Numbered from the stretch's first letter, positions 50,115-60,637 are shown. The stretch is 64,000 nt of DNA from an uncultured Methanosarcinales archaeon (GCA_964647565.1 CAZYIM010000002.1:16235-80234), one strand, 5' to 3'. The notes: generated by a model from the sequence alone, not told the origin. Program-made: numbers and translations.

Positions 50115-50999
50115 ATGGCTCCGCAAGATAATCCGCTCTATGATGCATTATTGAAGAATCCTGAAAAAGAGCTATTGAAATTAGAGGGTTCTTTTCAATG
50201 CAATATTGGCAGGGAGAGAAAGTTTGACCTACATCCACTGCATATCATCAGGATACCAGAGAGAAAGATCTTACGAGAACAGATTTATGAGCGCTATGGC
50301 ATTGAGAATATTGACAGCTATTACATCCCTGTCATCCTGGATACAGTCAGTTACAGGCTCATCTCCAGGAATGAAGAGCCTGATTGGATCAAGGATATGT
50401 GGGATTTCGATGAAAAGGAAAAGAGCAGGGAAGGCATACTTATGCATAGGCAGAACTGTCTTATCGGCTATATGTCTGTGTATTTTCCAAGTGCTGAAGC
50501 TATAGAGCATGAAGCCATACACGCGTATTTTTTCAACAACCCTAATTATAAGAAATATTCAGGCAAATGGAACGTCTACAAAATACCTCCTGAAATTCGT
50601 GGCTGGACAGAAGCAATATCATACACAACCACCCGCAAACGTGAAGAGCTGGATGCAGAGGCGATAATAGACAGTTATGTCGGATCTGCAGTGCCCGAAG
50701 AGGACATAACCAGATTTACAGATGTAAAGGTTTTATTGAATATTATTCGACAAACTGCCAAAGCCTCGTTCAAGGATATAATCGATGGGCGTATATCCCG
50801 GCTGCCATTGAAGCTGGCAGCAGTTCCATTAATATTTGCTTACCAAATCGTTAATCCTGTCAGCAAGAGAAACAAGATCAGGCAAAGCTGGAAAGAGTCT
50901 TTTGATCTTTCACAAAACCTGATAGAGAAATATGGCAAGAAAGAGTTCTTAAGGTTTGCAGGCCAGTATACAAGGGAAGACCTGCTCAGGAGGCTATAA
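50115..50999 (+). CDS. Hypothetical protein with HExxH (possible zinc metallopeptidase)
   Basis: EHEAIH followed by WTEA as a possible third ligand. Confidence 0.55.
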   Translation: MAPQDNPLYDALLKNPEKELLKLEGSFQCNIGRERKFDLHPLHIIRIPERKILREQIYERYGIENIDSYYIPVILDTVSYRLISRNEEPDWIKDMWDFDEKEKSREGILMHRQNCLIGYMSVYFPSAEAIEHEAIHAYFFNNPNYKKYSGKWNVYKIPPEIRGWTEAISYTTTRKREELDAEAIIDSYVGSAVPEEDITRFTDVKVLLNIIRQTAKASFKDIIDGRISRLPLKLAAVPLIFAYQIVNPVSKRNKIRQSWKESFDLSQNLIEKYGKKEFLRFAGQYTREDLLRRL

Positions 51000-52366
51000 T
51001 GCTTCAGGAACAGATCGACAAGGCATTGACAGTGTTCTCGCCAAAAGAGCTGAGAATGCTTGCGAAAAAAACAGGACAGTTTGCAAAACAAATTGCAGGG
51101 GACAGGAATAGCCCTTATTTTTATGTTGACACTTATCCTACTCCTGATTTTAAGGCAACCCATCAAAGAGAAGGCATTGTTCTGGGATATGTTCTTGAAG
51201 ACCTTGTTTGCCAGCCAATAATCAATAAGGTAGTTGAACTGCTTGACATGCCTGTCCACAGGCCTAAAGGCCCATATCATATATCTATCGCCTTCCAGAG
51301 ACGTGCCTATATAGAACATCTGGATAACATGCCATCCAGGGCAGCTATTGATTCAGATGTGGACTTTACAAGGCAGGCCAAAATGATTATTAAAAAGATT
51401 GAAAAGATCCGAAAAGAGTGTGATGAAAATAAAGAATCACGAGTCCTGGATATACAAAATCAAGATAAAAGTTATATTGGTATTGATATCGATGATCTGC
51501 TCAGAGGCACAATAATAAGCAAGATCGAAGATGCCATATGCGGCCATCTGGAAGAGAGCATCAATACTCTTCAGGGTGATTATTTTTATGAAGAACCGTT
51601 GAAGGTTGGAAAAACACAAAATTTAGGCGGGGATATCTATCTATATGGCCATCTCAAGTCTGTAGGTTATATGCTGGGTCGCCATCTTGGATGCCTAACA
51701 GGCCCAGAGGATAAAAGACCATTAGTTAGGGAAACATTAGATACAACAAAAACACTTCCAATCATTGAGAAAATTACACATGCACTGGCGGCTTTGGTCA
51801 ATCAGGAGGTGCAAAAAGCATTTAGTGATCCTGGTTATGATTCGAAATATGTGCAGAGGGCTGAGCAGCAAACAACTGTATCTTATCGCGACATAATATA
51901 TGCTGCGTCACCTTTTAACCTGATGAGACGAGAGCTTGAATCCTGGGTCAGTGGTTTATATTTTACCGAGCCAGGAATATATCAAAACCATAAAAGGACT
52001 GTTTTGGTTGAAGAGACGAAAAGAGAGTCTCGCTTAAAGATTGTAAGCGCTGATCAGATGCAGGCCTTGGCAGAGTATACATGGAACTCAACGACAGATT
52101 GGATTAACCAGCGGCAGGGAGATTTCAGTATGATGTATCATGTTGGTTGTTCGAGTTCATTCTTAATGCAGCAGATCATTGATAATCCTCACAGGCCGCA
52201 CCAGATGATAGTTGTGAACAAATATGCTGACGGAATAGAAGAGTTGACTCGGCAGTGTGCAGAAACTTTAGTGAAAAAGCAATATCCTGTTGTGGAATTG
52301 TGCCAAAAACCCAGGAATCCTCAAAAGCCCTATCTTAAGATGGGCGAGATTACCTGGCAGAGATGA
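50999..52366 (+). CDS. Hypothetical protein
   Basis: 455-aa ORF translationally coupled (TAATG) to the previous gene. Confidence 0.7.
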   Translation: MLQEQIDKALTVFSPKELRMLAKKTGQFAKQIAGDRNSPYFYVDTYPTPDFKATHQREGIVLGYVLEDLVCQPIINKVVELLDMPVHRPKGPYHISIAFQRRAYIEHLDNMPSRAAIDSDVDFTRQAKMIIKKIEKIRKECDENKESRVLDIQNQDKSYIGIDIDDLLRGTIISKIEDAICGHLEESINTLQGDYFYEEPLKVGKTQNLGGDIYLYGHLKSVGYMLGRHLGCLTGPEDKRPLVRETLDTTKTLPIIEKITHALAALVNQEVQKAFSDPGYDSKYVQRAEQQTTVSYRDIIYAASPFNLMRRELESWVSGLYFTEPGIYQNHKRTVLVEETKRESRLKIVSADQMQALAEYTWNSTTDWINQRQGDFSMMYHVGCSSSFLMQQIIDNPHRPHQMIVVNKYADGIEELTRQCAETLVKKQYPVVELCQKPRNPQKPYLKMGEITWQR

Positions 52367-52424
52367 TTTATCTCCTTGGAAATTCTCCAAAAGTGTTTTA
52401 TATTAGTTTTGACAATATGTCATT

Positions 52425-52805
52425 ATGAGCAGTGGAAAAGGGATTCCTGCTGGCTGGCTGGGTATTACTGAGCTGATAAAGGAAAGGCTTGAAAATGAGA
52501 ATCGGATCAGGAATAAAGGCGGCAATAAGTTTCTGCAGCTAGAGGCCCGGTTGACTGACCAGGCGTCTGGTAAGCTGATGGAGGACATTGTCATCTACGC
52601 GATTAGGACCATAAAGGATAAGTCTGAAGCAGAGGATTTCCTAAATGGCTATATAGAGAATATCAAGAGCCATCCAGCCAAGTATGATTTGAAGCAGGAT
52701 GCTATGGATTATGCAAAGAATGACATCTATCTTGCCCTGAACATGCATTTTGCCTCCAAACAGACGCACAGGCTTTGGAATGATGTGCTTGGTGGGCCCA
52801 GGTGA
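52425..52805 (+). CDS. Hypothetical protein
   Basis: 126-aa ORF ending 3 bp before the JAB gene. Confidence 0.7.
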   Translation: MSSGKGIPAGWLGITELIKERLENENRIRNKGGNKFLQLEARLTDQASGKLMEDIVIYAIRTIKDKSEAEDFLNGYIENIKSHPAKYDLKQDAMDYAKNDIYLALNMHFASKQTHRLWNDVLGGPR

Positions 52806-52808
52806 TCT

Positions 52809-53267
52809 ATGATAGAAAAGATCATTCTTAGACAATGTTATGCTCATGGCATCGATACGTATCCTGAGGAGGCGTGCGGATTGATCAGCGGGCCGGCTGA
52901 TCAGCAGGAGCTGTTGTCAAAAGTACATCGCATGCGTAATGTGCTGGATGAATTCCACGCAGAGATTCCTGTACAGTTCCCCCGAACCAATCTCACTGGA
53001 TATATCATTGATCCAATGGAACACAGGGATCTGGAGAACCAGCTTAAAACGCAAAACCAAAGCATAAAGATCATTTATCACAATCATGTAGATAAGCATG
53101 CCTATTTCTCAGAAACTGACATAAAGTATGCCCTTTGGCATGGTGAACCAACCCAGCCAGGCGTCCACTATCTGGTCTGCAGTATCAGGAATATGATGCC
53201 TGCTGGTGCTGTTTTAGCCATGTTCAATTCAGTTTCAGAGGTTTTTGATGTTGTAAAGATTGAATGA
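52809..53267 (+). CDS. JAB/MPN+ (M67) metalloprotease
   Basis: YPEEACG and YHNHVDKHAYFSETD (E...HxH...S..D). Confidence 0.9.
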   Translation: MIEKIILRQCYAHGIDTYPEEACGLISGPADQQELLSKVHRMRNVLDEFHAEIPVQFPRTNLTGYIIDPMEHRDLENQLKTQNQSIKIIYHNHVDKHAYFSETDIKYALWHGEPTQPGVHYLVCSIRNMMPAGAVLAMFNSVSEVFDVVKIE

Positions 53268-53422
53268 TTGGTGGCCTAAAGAAAAATATTTAGATTTTCG
53301 GAGATCTTCTGATTTTTTTGGGTAAACACTTATTAAGATATTTTCTCAAATGTTGATGGTGGTAAGATAGAATAAGAATCTTTATATATAAGCTGTTATA
53401 TACAGACTATAGGTGATATATA

Positions 53423-53647
53423 ATGGCATCAACAACAATCCAGCTTGAGAAATCGCTTGTCGATTCGCTAAAAGAGATTCGACAATATCCTAGGCAGACA
53501 TATAACGAACTTATTGAACAGATGATTAAAGTGTTTAAGGCTGTAAAGGAAAGAAACCAGTACGATGAATTCCTGCATAAGGTGCAGAGCGCAAAGATGA
53601 AGGAATTATGGGATAACAAGGAAGATGAGGTTTGGGATGACGCTTAA
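53423..53647 (+). CDS. Putative antitoxin
   Basis: TTIQL...TYNELI N-terminus and acidic WDN..DEVW tail; overlaps the downstream toxin gene. Confidence 0.7.
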   Translation: MASTTIQLEKSLVDSLKEIRQYPRQTYNELIEQMIKVFKAVKERNQYDEFLHKVQSAKMKELWDNKEDEVWDDA

Positions 53648-53951
53648 ATCTGGTGATGTAGTACTGGCCAGGGTCCAATTCACAGACACTTTCGAGATCA
53701 AGAAGAGACCTGTCCTCATATTGTTTGAGGAATTTGATAATGTAGTTGTTGCAGGTATTACTAGCAATCTGGGCATGAAGGGAATTCGGTTGACTAAAAA
53801 AGAGGGTGCGCTCAAAGATAGTGTTATTAAACTGAACTATATATTCACTGTTTCGAGTGTTATGATCGAGAAGAAATTGTTCTCATTATCTCCAGAAAAA
53901 AGAAATATTGTTTATAAAGGTTTGAGGACTAAGATTGATGGCCTGAAATAA
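53637..53951 (+). CDS. PemK/MazF-family toxin
   Basis: GDVVL..QFTD...KKRPVLI...ITSN...DSVIK. Confidence 0.85.
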   Translation: MTLKSGDVVLARVQFTDTFEIKKRPVLILFEEFDNVVVAGITSNLGMKGIRLTKKEGALKDSVIKLNYIFTVSSVMIEKKLFSLSPEKRNIVYKGLRTKIDGLK

Positions 53952-53959
53952 AGAAAAAG

Positions 53960-54388
53960 TTATTTTGCTTGGCCTACTATGAACGGATCTGTGTTTAGTT
54001 CTTTTACACTGAACAGTGGTTTGTGATTGTAAGCGTTGTAGAAATCCATTCTCCATCCATATGCTGAGGGTTGGATGTGGGAGATGAGAAGACCGCCTGG
54101 TGTGACTCCCTGGTTTTCAATATGGATGAGATATGCCCTTGAATTAAGGAATATGTCGCTTACTGGTTCATTTTTTTGTTTTTTTTGAAGTTGGGCCTTT
54201 CCTCTGGCCGCATAATCTGCAAGCTCGTTATAGACAAGGTTGCTCTCGTTGATTTTCTTGATAGTCTTTTCAAGAACATCCAAAGGATAATTTTTTTGAT
54301 GGACTTCAATTTTAAACTTCCATTTTGGAAAGTTTTCTTTTATGATCAATGTTAGTTCATCTTTCATTCGTTGTTTTCTTGTGCACAT
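53960..54388 (-). CDS. Hypothetical protein
   Basis: 142-aa ORF with AGGCGG SD-like motif. Confidence 0.6.
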   Translation of the reverse strand: MCTRKQRMKDELTLIIKENFPKWKFKIEVHQKNYPLDVLEKTIKKINESNLVYNELADYAARGKAQLQKKQKNEPVSDIFLNSRAYLIHIENQGVTPGGLLISHIQPSAYGWRMDFYNAYNHKPLFSVKELNTDPFIVGQAK

Positions 54389-54399
54389 ATTTACCGCCT

Positions 54400-54978
54400 T
54401 TATTGTTTACTTCTTTTCATCAATTGTTTGTGATTTTGACTGATATATTGGTTGATCGGGTCGAAGATTACATCCAAAGGGACTGTTTTTGGATCTATAT
54501 TCCTTCTTTGTAACCTTGTTGTAAGGTAATCTAAATAGTCCTGGCCATGAGACTTGCCTGCCAGTGCAGTGCGCCACACGCTGTCTCTTGAACTTGTTGC
54601 CTTTACACTCCAAAGACGTTTTTTCCAAAATTTATTCTCGTCAATGTTCAAACTTAACTTTAAATCCTTATTTTTATAATGTAATGATTTTATTGGTTTT
54701 AAAAGATATTTAGTCAGGCTTGCATCCCCGTATACCTGATCCCCATACCATATGTCAAAGTCAAATACTCTGGCAATGTAAAGAACTTTTTGATTACCTT
54801 CAGTTGTGTAGTGATCGTAACGTTGATTGCTGAAATATCGTTGCTTGTTAACAGTTGCGCGTCGATCGAATAATTTGTGGCCTTCATCCTTTAGTTCGAG
54901 GGATGGACTGGGTGTTTTCTTTGGAATGCGTCTGGGTTTCCTTCCAGATGTATCGTTAAATATTATTGTTGATTTGAT
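54400..54978 (-). CDS. Hypothetical protein; frame extends well upstream of the track's TTG (possible AUC start, or frameshifted gene)
   Basis: No stop between 54987 and the terminal stop at 54400-54402; GAGGA lies just upstream of ATC 54978. Confidence 0.5.
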   Translation of the reverse strand: MKSTIIFNDTSGRKPRRIPKKTPSPSLELKDEGHKLFDRRATVNKQRYFSNQRYDHYTTEGNQKVLYIARVFDFDIWYGDQVYGDASLTKYLLKPIKSLHYKNKDLKLSLNIDENKFWKKRLWSVKATSSRDSVWRTALAGKSHGQDYLDYLTTRLQRRNIDPKTVPLDVIFDPINQYISQNHKQLMKRSKQ

Positions 54979-55243
54979 TTTAGTTCCTCAGTAACTTTTT
55001 TTGAGGAAGAGTTGATCGGATTCTTGCCAGACAAAAATCCGATCCGTTTTTTCCTCATTTTCTCGGGCGAGAAATTATGAATGTGATATCAAGAAAGCCA
55101 GATCGGATCCTGGTTTCCTTGGATATCCGATCTGTTTTCTTCTCAGTCGATATTTTGATGTTAACTACTTATATGTAAGTACTTGTTGATATTTAAAAGT
55201 TTGTACCGAAAACTTTAAATATTATTATAAATATAAACATATT

Positions 55244-56209
55244 ATGGATAAAATTCAGAAACTTGATAAGAAAAATCAGAAGCTGTTATTGGGGCTCTTT
55301 AAGTCTGGCAGGGCGTCGTTTAGAGAGCTCGGCAGGAAGATTGGTGTCTCGACAGAGATGGCTCGCTATCGTCTTGAACGCCTGGAAAAAAACTGTGTGT
55401 TAAGAAGGGTGACGCCGTTAATAGATTTTGCATGCCTTGGCTTTGTTACTTATCGATTGCAGCTGCAGTTTGGAACGTGTACAAAAGAGGAGAAAGAGGA
55501 TTTTTTTAGGACAGCCTCTGGAATAAAGCAGTTCAGATGGGTGGTGAGGTTGACTGGCAATTGGGACATGCTGATGTATTTTCTTGTAAAGGACCATACG
55601 GAGTTCTCAAAAATTTATGATGTGTTGATGCATAAGCATGGACGTATTGTGAAGGACAGGATAATAAGCACAACCACCCGGCTCTATCATCTAGCTCCAG
55701 AATATATACGCAGTAATAAGGCTGCTGAAAGACGTCTATATATAACACATCAAAATTTTGATAAGGTTGAAATAGATGGGCTTGACGTAAAGATCATAAA
55801 TGCTCTGCTAAAAGATGGCAGGGTTTCGTTATCAGATATGGCTAGTACTCTTAAGATGCCTTTTTCTACAATAAGGCGAAGATTTGAAATCCTGAAGACA
55901 AAAGGTATAATCGTTGGCTTTGTTCCTATGATAGAGAATGAAACGATTGGATATCATCATTTTAAGATCATGATACGGCTTGCGAATTATGATGATAAGA
56001 ATAAGTTGCTTACAAGATTGTCACAGCATCCTAACGTTACCTATATATTTGAGTCCATGGGGAAATATGACCTTGAGTTTGATGCAAATTTTAGGTCGGA
56101 GTTTATGGTGCAGAAATTTGTTAGGGAGCTTTCAGATGAGATTGCTGTCAGTGAGTTTGATGTCCTATACTTTGAAGAAGAGAAAGTTGTTAATGAGCCT
56201 CCATTCTAG
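55244..56209 (+). CDS. Tandem Lrp/AsnC-family transcriptional regulator
   Basis: Two HTH+RAM units (GRASFRELG..., LDVKIINALLKDGRVS..., TGNWD, MGKYD). Confidence 0.88.
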   Translation: MDKIQKLDKKNQKLLLGLFKSGRASFRELGRKIGVSTEMARYRLERLEKNCVLRRVTPLIDFACLGFVTYRLQLQFGTCTKEEKEDFFRTASGIKQFRWVVRLTGNWDMLMYFLVKDHTEFSKIYDVLMHKHGRIVKDRIISTTTRLYHLAPEYIRSNKAAERRLYITHQNFDKVEIDGLDVKIINALLKDGRVSLSDMASTLKMPFSTIRRRFEILKTKGIIVGFVPMIENETIGYHHFKIMIRLANYDDKNKLLTRLSQHPNVTYIFESMGKYDLEFDANFRSEFMVQKFVRELSDEIAVSEFDVLYFEEEKVVNEPPF

Positions 56210-56231
56210 GAGATTCTTCAGATGCATATTG

Positions 56232-56747
56232 TTAATCAATTATTTCGTTAATCTTTGCAATAAACTTTTTTGCTTTTTCGTATATTTCTTCAACTCTTCT
56301 TTGCGTGTATATTTTTGTGGCACTGTATCTGCTCACTGAGCTTTCAGTTCTTGCTTCCTTGAAGTAGTCTATGTAATCATCTTCAAATATCTTGTGAGCT
56401 TGGTCTAGAAGCTCTAAGTCTTCTTTTTCAATCTCATCTGGCACAAGAAGATGGCTGAGAGCGATTTGTGTTGAGTAGTGATCATCTGTTTCATATCCTT
56501 TTGTTAGAATTATAGCTTTTGCTAGATATAACATGGAGTAATAGCAGATAGTGATGGTCCAGTAATCCCTTGCAGGCTCATCAGATTCTTTGATGGATCT
56601 TGCCAGATCAAAACTATCATTTCCTTTTTTTACAAACTTTTTTATCTTAAAGCTGGCGTTGCTTTCTCTTATGAAAAACTTGTGTGCTTCTGACTCTTTC
56701 AAGAGTTTATTAAATTCTTTTTCATATGTTTCTTTGTTAAATTCCAT
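56232..56747 (-). CDS. HEPN domain protein
   Basis: YWTITICYYSMLYLAKAII, DHYST, R...RY; coupled to the MNT gene. Confidence 0.85.
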   Translation of the reverse strand: MEFNKETYEKEFNKLLKESEAHKFFIRESNASFKIKKFVKKGNDSFDLARSIKESDEPARDYWTITICYYSMLYLAKAIILTKGYETDDHYSTQIALSHLLVPDEIEKEDLELLDQAHKIFEDDYIDYFKEARTESSVSRYSATKIYTQRRVEEIYEKAKKFIAKINEIID

Positions 56748-57321
56748 TTTTATTCTTCCAGATAATGTTCCAGAAATATTCTTCTCCGTGCAGTATTATA
56801 TGTTTTTTTAGTATTTCATTTGTAAGATTATGTTCTTCTTCATTTAACATGGCTTTGAATTCTTTTCTTGAAAAGAATAAGGGATTTACTTTTACATCAT
56901 ATAGGTGCTCGAATTGTGAAAAATTAATATTGTTTTTTCCATCTTTATTTACGGCGCAGATATCAACATCACTTTTCTTCCTGTGTGTTTCATTTGCTCT
57001 TGATCCAAAAATTATTAAAGTATATTCTCCCTCAGGTAAATTCTTTTTAATTAACTTGAATTCAGGGTATTTTGTTAAGAAGGAATCTGTCATTTTCCGT
57101 TCAGCTAGGATGAGATAGTTTTTTGTGATGTTATCATCCTTCTTTAATGATACAAGCTTGATGTTTCCTTTCTGATTGATTCTGAATAATTCCTTATTTG
57201 CTTCGATAAGTCTGTGTGTTGTAGTATTTGGTACACTTGATTCTATTGAAAGCTGTCTGATTGGTATATCATCATTCATGTGTTTTCCTAAAAAATATAT
57301 TAATCTAAAAAGATTTCCCAT
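56737..57321 (-). CDS. Minimal nucleotidyltransferase (MNT) with N-terminal HTH
   Basis: IIFGSRANETHRKKSDVD (GS-x10-DxD). Confidence 0.9.
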   Translation of the reverse strand: MGNLFRLIYFLGKHMNDDIPIRQLSIESSVPNTTTHRLIEANKELFRINQKGNIKLVSLKKDDNITKNYLILAERKMTDSFLTKYPEFKLIKKNLPEGEYTLIIFGSRANETHRKKSDVDICAVNKDGKNNINFSQFEHLYDVKVNPLFFSRKEFKAMLNEEEHNLTNEILKKHIILHGEEYFWNIIWKNKNGI

Positions 57322-57391
57322 TTTTGGTAAATATTTACCATATTTAGTATTTAAGTTTTTCGGTTTTGTGGTAAAATAGAGACGAATGATC

Positions 57392-58003
57392 TTATCTGAA
57401 TAGGTTGGCGATAAGATTGTAGATTTTCTTTAATGGGATCTCTGCCTGTGTCTGATAGTACAGTCTTCTTCCAAATAGGAGGCTATTTTTTGAGGTCAGG
57501 CCAACATTGAGATTAGCGAAGCTGGTGTTGTAACCTATCTTGCCGCCGATGTTGCCCAGGTATTCGGTATTCATGCTTGCAGAGCCGCTCAGGCTGAACT
57601 TTTTTAGGAACGTGGTGCTTAAAGCAGTTGAGAGATTATTCATTTGCTGATCTAAATCTGCTTGGTTCCTTGCAATGCCTGAGGTAAGCTTATAAGGTTG
57701 GAATGTTACACTTGCATTTACTTTGCCAATACTTTTATTGTATTTGAGCTTAAAAGCAGTGTAGCTGTTGGCCTTTCGAAGTGTGTTTTCTTCTCCGAGA
57801 TAACTTGCCTTGTTCATATCAAGATTATCTGTTCCTGCCTCTGCAACTATTTCCAATGCTCCGATTCTAGCTGCCCGATAGCTTAGATAAGTCTTTTGAC
57901 CAACAGTTGTGCCTGAACTCTTGTTGAGCTTAAGCTTGGTCTGTGCAAAACTAGATGTTGTCAATAAGATTGCTAACATAGTGATAAATCTTTTTCCTTT
58001 CAT
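57392..58003 (-). CDS. Hypothetical secreted beta-rich protein
   Basis: Signal peptide ending SFA-Q; alternating beta-strand pattern. Confidence 0.6.
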   Translation of the reverse strand: MKGKRFITMLAILLTTSSFAQTKLKLNKSSGTTVGQKTYLSYRAARIGALEIVAEAGTDNLDMNKASYLGEENTLRKANSYTAFKLKYNKSIGKVNASVTFQPYKLTSGIARNQADLDQQMNNLSTALSTTFLKKFSLSGSASMNTEYLGNIGGKIGYNTSFANLNVGLTSKNSLLFGRRLYYQTQAEIPLKKIYNLIANLFR

Positions 58004-58086
58004 TAGACCTGGGGAGTGAGAATTCTTATTTATTCTTTTTGGTGTTTTCGCAGTAAGATTTATATAGTTTATTCCTTTTTTTTCTT

Positions 58087-58704
58087 ATGGGTGGTTTGAT
58101 GATTGTGACTATTTCAGGATTGGCTGGTTCTGGTAAGAACAAGCTGGGTGATTTTCTATCAGAGGAGTTTGAGAAGCATACAGGCCATAAGCATGAGCGG
58201 TTTTCGGCAGGTGATTTTAGGAGGGCGCTTGCTGACAAACATGGCATGTCCATTATTGAATTGAACAAGATCGGCGAGACAGAGTCTTGGACTGATCTTG
58301 AAGCTGACATGATGCAGATGGAGTATGCCAAGAAGTACGAGCACATGGTTGTTGATGGTAGGCTTAGCTTTTATTTCATGAAGAAGGCGATTGACCAGTT
58401 TGGTCTTGACAGGCAGTTGTTGAACATATATATAGATGTCTCTGATGAAGAGGCTGCCAACAGGATATGGAAAGATATCTCAATTAAGGGTGCCAACAGA
58501 AATGAGGGTGAGTTCGGCTCTAAGGAAGAGGTGCTGAAGAGCATCAGGGAAAGGAAGCAGTCTGACATAGTGAGATATGGCACGCATTACCGCGGCCTTA
58601 ATCCATACCAAAAACATCATTATCATTTCTATCTTGACTCATCTGATCTAAAAGAAGCTGCAGTAAAAGATGCTGTCCTTGAATACGTCAAGACGCATTT
58701 TTAG
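58087..58704 (+). CDS. cmk: Cytidylate kinase-like protein, paralog 2
   Basis: VTISGLAGSGKN, AGDFRR, DGRLSFYF, RNEG shared with 48821-49411. Confidence 0.8.
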   Translation: MGGLMIVTISGLAGSGKNKLGDFLSEEFEKHTGHKHERFSAGDFRRALADKHGMSIIELNKIGETESWTDLEADMMQMEYAKKYEHMVVDGRLSFYFMKKAIDQFGLDRQLLNIYIDVSDEEAANRIWKDISIKGANRNEGEFGSKEEVLKSIRERKQSDIVRYGTHYRGLNPYQKHHYHFYLDSSDLKEAAVKDAVLEYVKTHF

Positions 58705-58857
58705 CAGTATCTGACTTTATGTTTGTCTTGGATCTACTGTCTTTTCTATTTGACCCTGGTTATCTTATATTGTGGATGTTATCTTCTTTATAATCTTCAC
58801 TCTTTTAAAGTAGTGTATTGGACAATATTTATATATCTTCTTCACTTTCCCTTTCAG

Positions 58858-59277
58858 ATGATAGAGCTTGAAAATGATGTCCGCACTTTTGTAGAGGAAA
58901 AAGGACTCCGGGATTTATATTCTGACTTAACTGAATGTTTTGACAAGTTCAGCAAAGAAAATGAAAACTTTCCCTACAAACTTTGCAAGCCTGGCAGTAT
59001 CTATGTTGCGAATGGCAGCAGATTCCTGGTCAGGATCTGGGGGGATGAATTCTATATACCTGATTATTTCAAGAGCGGAAAACCCCTTAGACAGGTCCAT
59101 TATTTCAACTACTATGAACCTCCTGATGCCATAATTGATATTGCAGTATCCCAATTTGATGTACATTTTGAAGATATCAAGATACCCGAAGTATTGTTAT
59201 TAGCAAGAGACCATTGGTTTGTCAAGAAACACTACAGTCTGAATAGGAAGAACCTGCTTCCTTCAGATACATTTTAA
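58858..59277 (+). CDS. Hypothetical protein, possible papain/transglutaminase-like fold
   Basis: LC...VHYF...IIDIAVSQF pattern; ATG at 58858 follows TTTATATA. Confidence 0.5.
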   Translation: MIELENDVRTFVEEKGLRDLYSDLTECFDKFSKENENFPYKLCKPGSIYVANGSRFLVRIWGDEFYIPDYFKSGKPLRQVHYFNYYEPPDAIIDIAVSQFDVHFEDIKIPEVLLLARDHWFVKKHYSLNRKNLLPSDTF

Positions 59278-59301
59278 AATACATAACTATTTCTGATAAG
59301 A

Positions 59302-59610
59302 ATGGCTGACGAAAAAATTTTGGAGATTTCAGATGACAAGCTTGACAAATACTTTAAGATAACAGGCGAGGCCTTGGAGATGGCAAGAGCAGCCCCTAAA
59401 AGAAAAGACATGCCTGATGAGGCAGAAGATTTTCTGGACATGGCCAATAGATATTACGAGGATGCAGGACATTTCAGAGAAAAAGGTGATTATGTCAATG
59501 CCTTTGCAGCGCTCAACTATGCGCACGGCTGGCTGGATGCAGGTGCCAGGATAGGCTTGTTTGAGGTCAAGGACAGCAGGTTGTTCACTGTCGATGATGT
59601 CGATGACTAG
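59302..59610 (+). CDS. DUF357 protein
   Basis: MANRYYEDAGHF..GDYVNAFAALNYAHGWLDAG. Confidence 0.92.
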   Translation: MADEKILEISDDKLDKYFKITGEALEMARAAPKRKDMPDEAEDFLDMANRYYEDAGHFREKGDYVNAFAALNYAHGWLDAGARIGLFEVKDSRLFTVDDVDD

Positions 59611-60497
59611 AGATGCATCATAAGTGCTAAGTGAGTCAGGTCTGCGGCTTCTTCTACAATCTTTAGTGCCTGCATCGAGAATCTTGCGCTGGCTGCGTCA
59701 AGGTCTTGGATCTTAAGCTGCTTTTCCCTGAGTTTGCTTTTATACGTTATCAGCTCCCAGACCTTTTTTTGGTTGTTCTGGAAATAGACTTCAAAGGCAA
59801 GTTCCAATCCTTTTTGGGACAATAGAAAGAGTTCTTTTATCTGCTTGTCTCTTTTCACATCATATTTTACACTGGTCCTCCAGGCCCTGAAGATCTCATC
59901 GCCGATCTTTTCAAGTGCAAATGCATAGGCAAAAAGTATCTTGCCGCCTGTTGAGTCTGCATAGGCATGCTTGACTATCGACCTTTCAAGAAAAAGCGCG
60001 AACTTGTTGATCTCCATGTCCCGCTCCCTTAACTTGTCCATGCTGGCCTTGTTCTCTCCGAATATGTCCTCGATTGCAGAGTCATAAAACCTGAGTATCA
60101 TCTGGAAGACCTGCTTAAAGATGGTGTCAAGATTCTCGATTGATGTTCCGCTTATATCCCTTATTGTATATTTATCCCCTTTCTGCGAGATGACTGCATA
60201 GCCGATATTTGTATTGAGGTTCTTGTAGAGCTCGCCGTCAAATTCCAGCTTCATCTCATCAATGCCTTTTGCATATGCAGCGTTTACATAGGTGTAGGCC
60301 ATCCGCCTGTGGAATCCCATCATGTTGAGTTTTGTTGAGTCTCCCTTGGCTCTTTTGCCTGACCTTAGTATCAGGTCTTTTTCATTGATCTCTACATCTA
60401 TCTCATCGCCCGCCTTTAGGCTGGTCTCCCTTATCCATTGGATGGGCAGGGTTATGGTTATCGCTTGGTTTGCCTGTTTGATTAGTTTTCTTTTCAT
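59607..60497 (-). CDS. AbrB-PhoU type phosphate uptake regulator
   Basis: RKLIKQ..ITITLPIQWI AbrB domain; AYAKGIDE; LEKIGD PhoU-like motif. Confidence 0.8.
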   Translation of the reverse strand: MKRKLIKQANQAITITLPIQWIRETSLKAGDEIDVEINEKDLILRSGKRAKGDSTKLNMMGFHRRMAYTYVNAAYAKGIDEMKLEFDGELYKNLNTNIGYAVISQKGDKYTIRDISGTSIENLDTIFKQVFQMILRFYDSAIEDIFGENKASMDKLRERDMEINKFALFLERSIVKHAYADSTGGKILFAYAFALEKIGDEIFRAWRTSVKYDVKRDKQIKELFLLSQKGLELAFEVYFQNNQKKVWELITYKSKLREKQLKIQDLDAASARFSMQALKIVEEAADLTHLALMMHL

Positions 60498-60637
60498 TGG
60501 AAATCTCCAAGATTTACAATGTCCCAGAAATGCAGAAATTCTAATTGAATTTCTGAGGACATTTTTACTCTCTATTGATATAATTTATATAAATTATATA
60601 CGAAATATATAAATGTTTCCTTGACCAATGGTTAATT

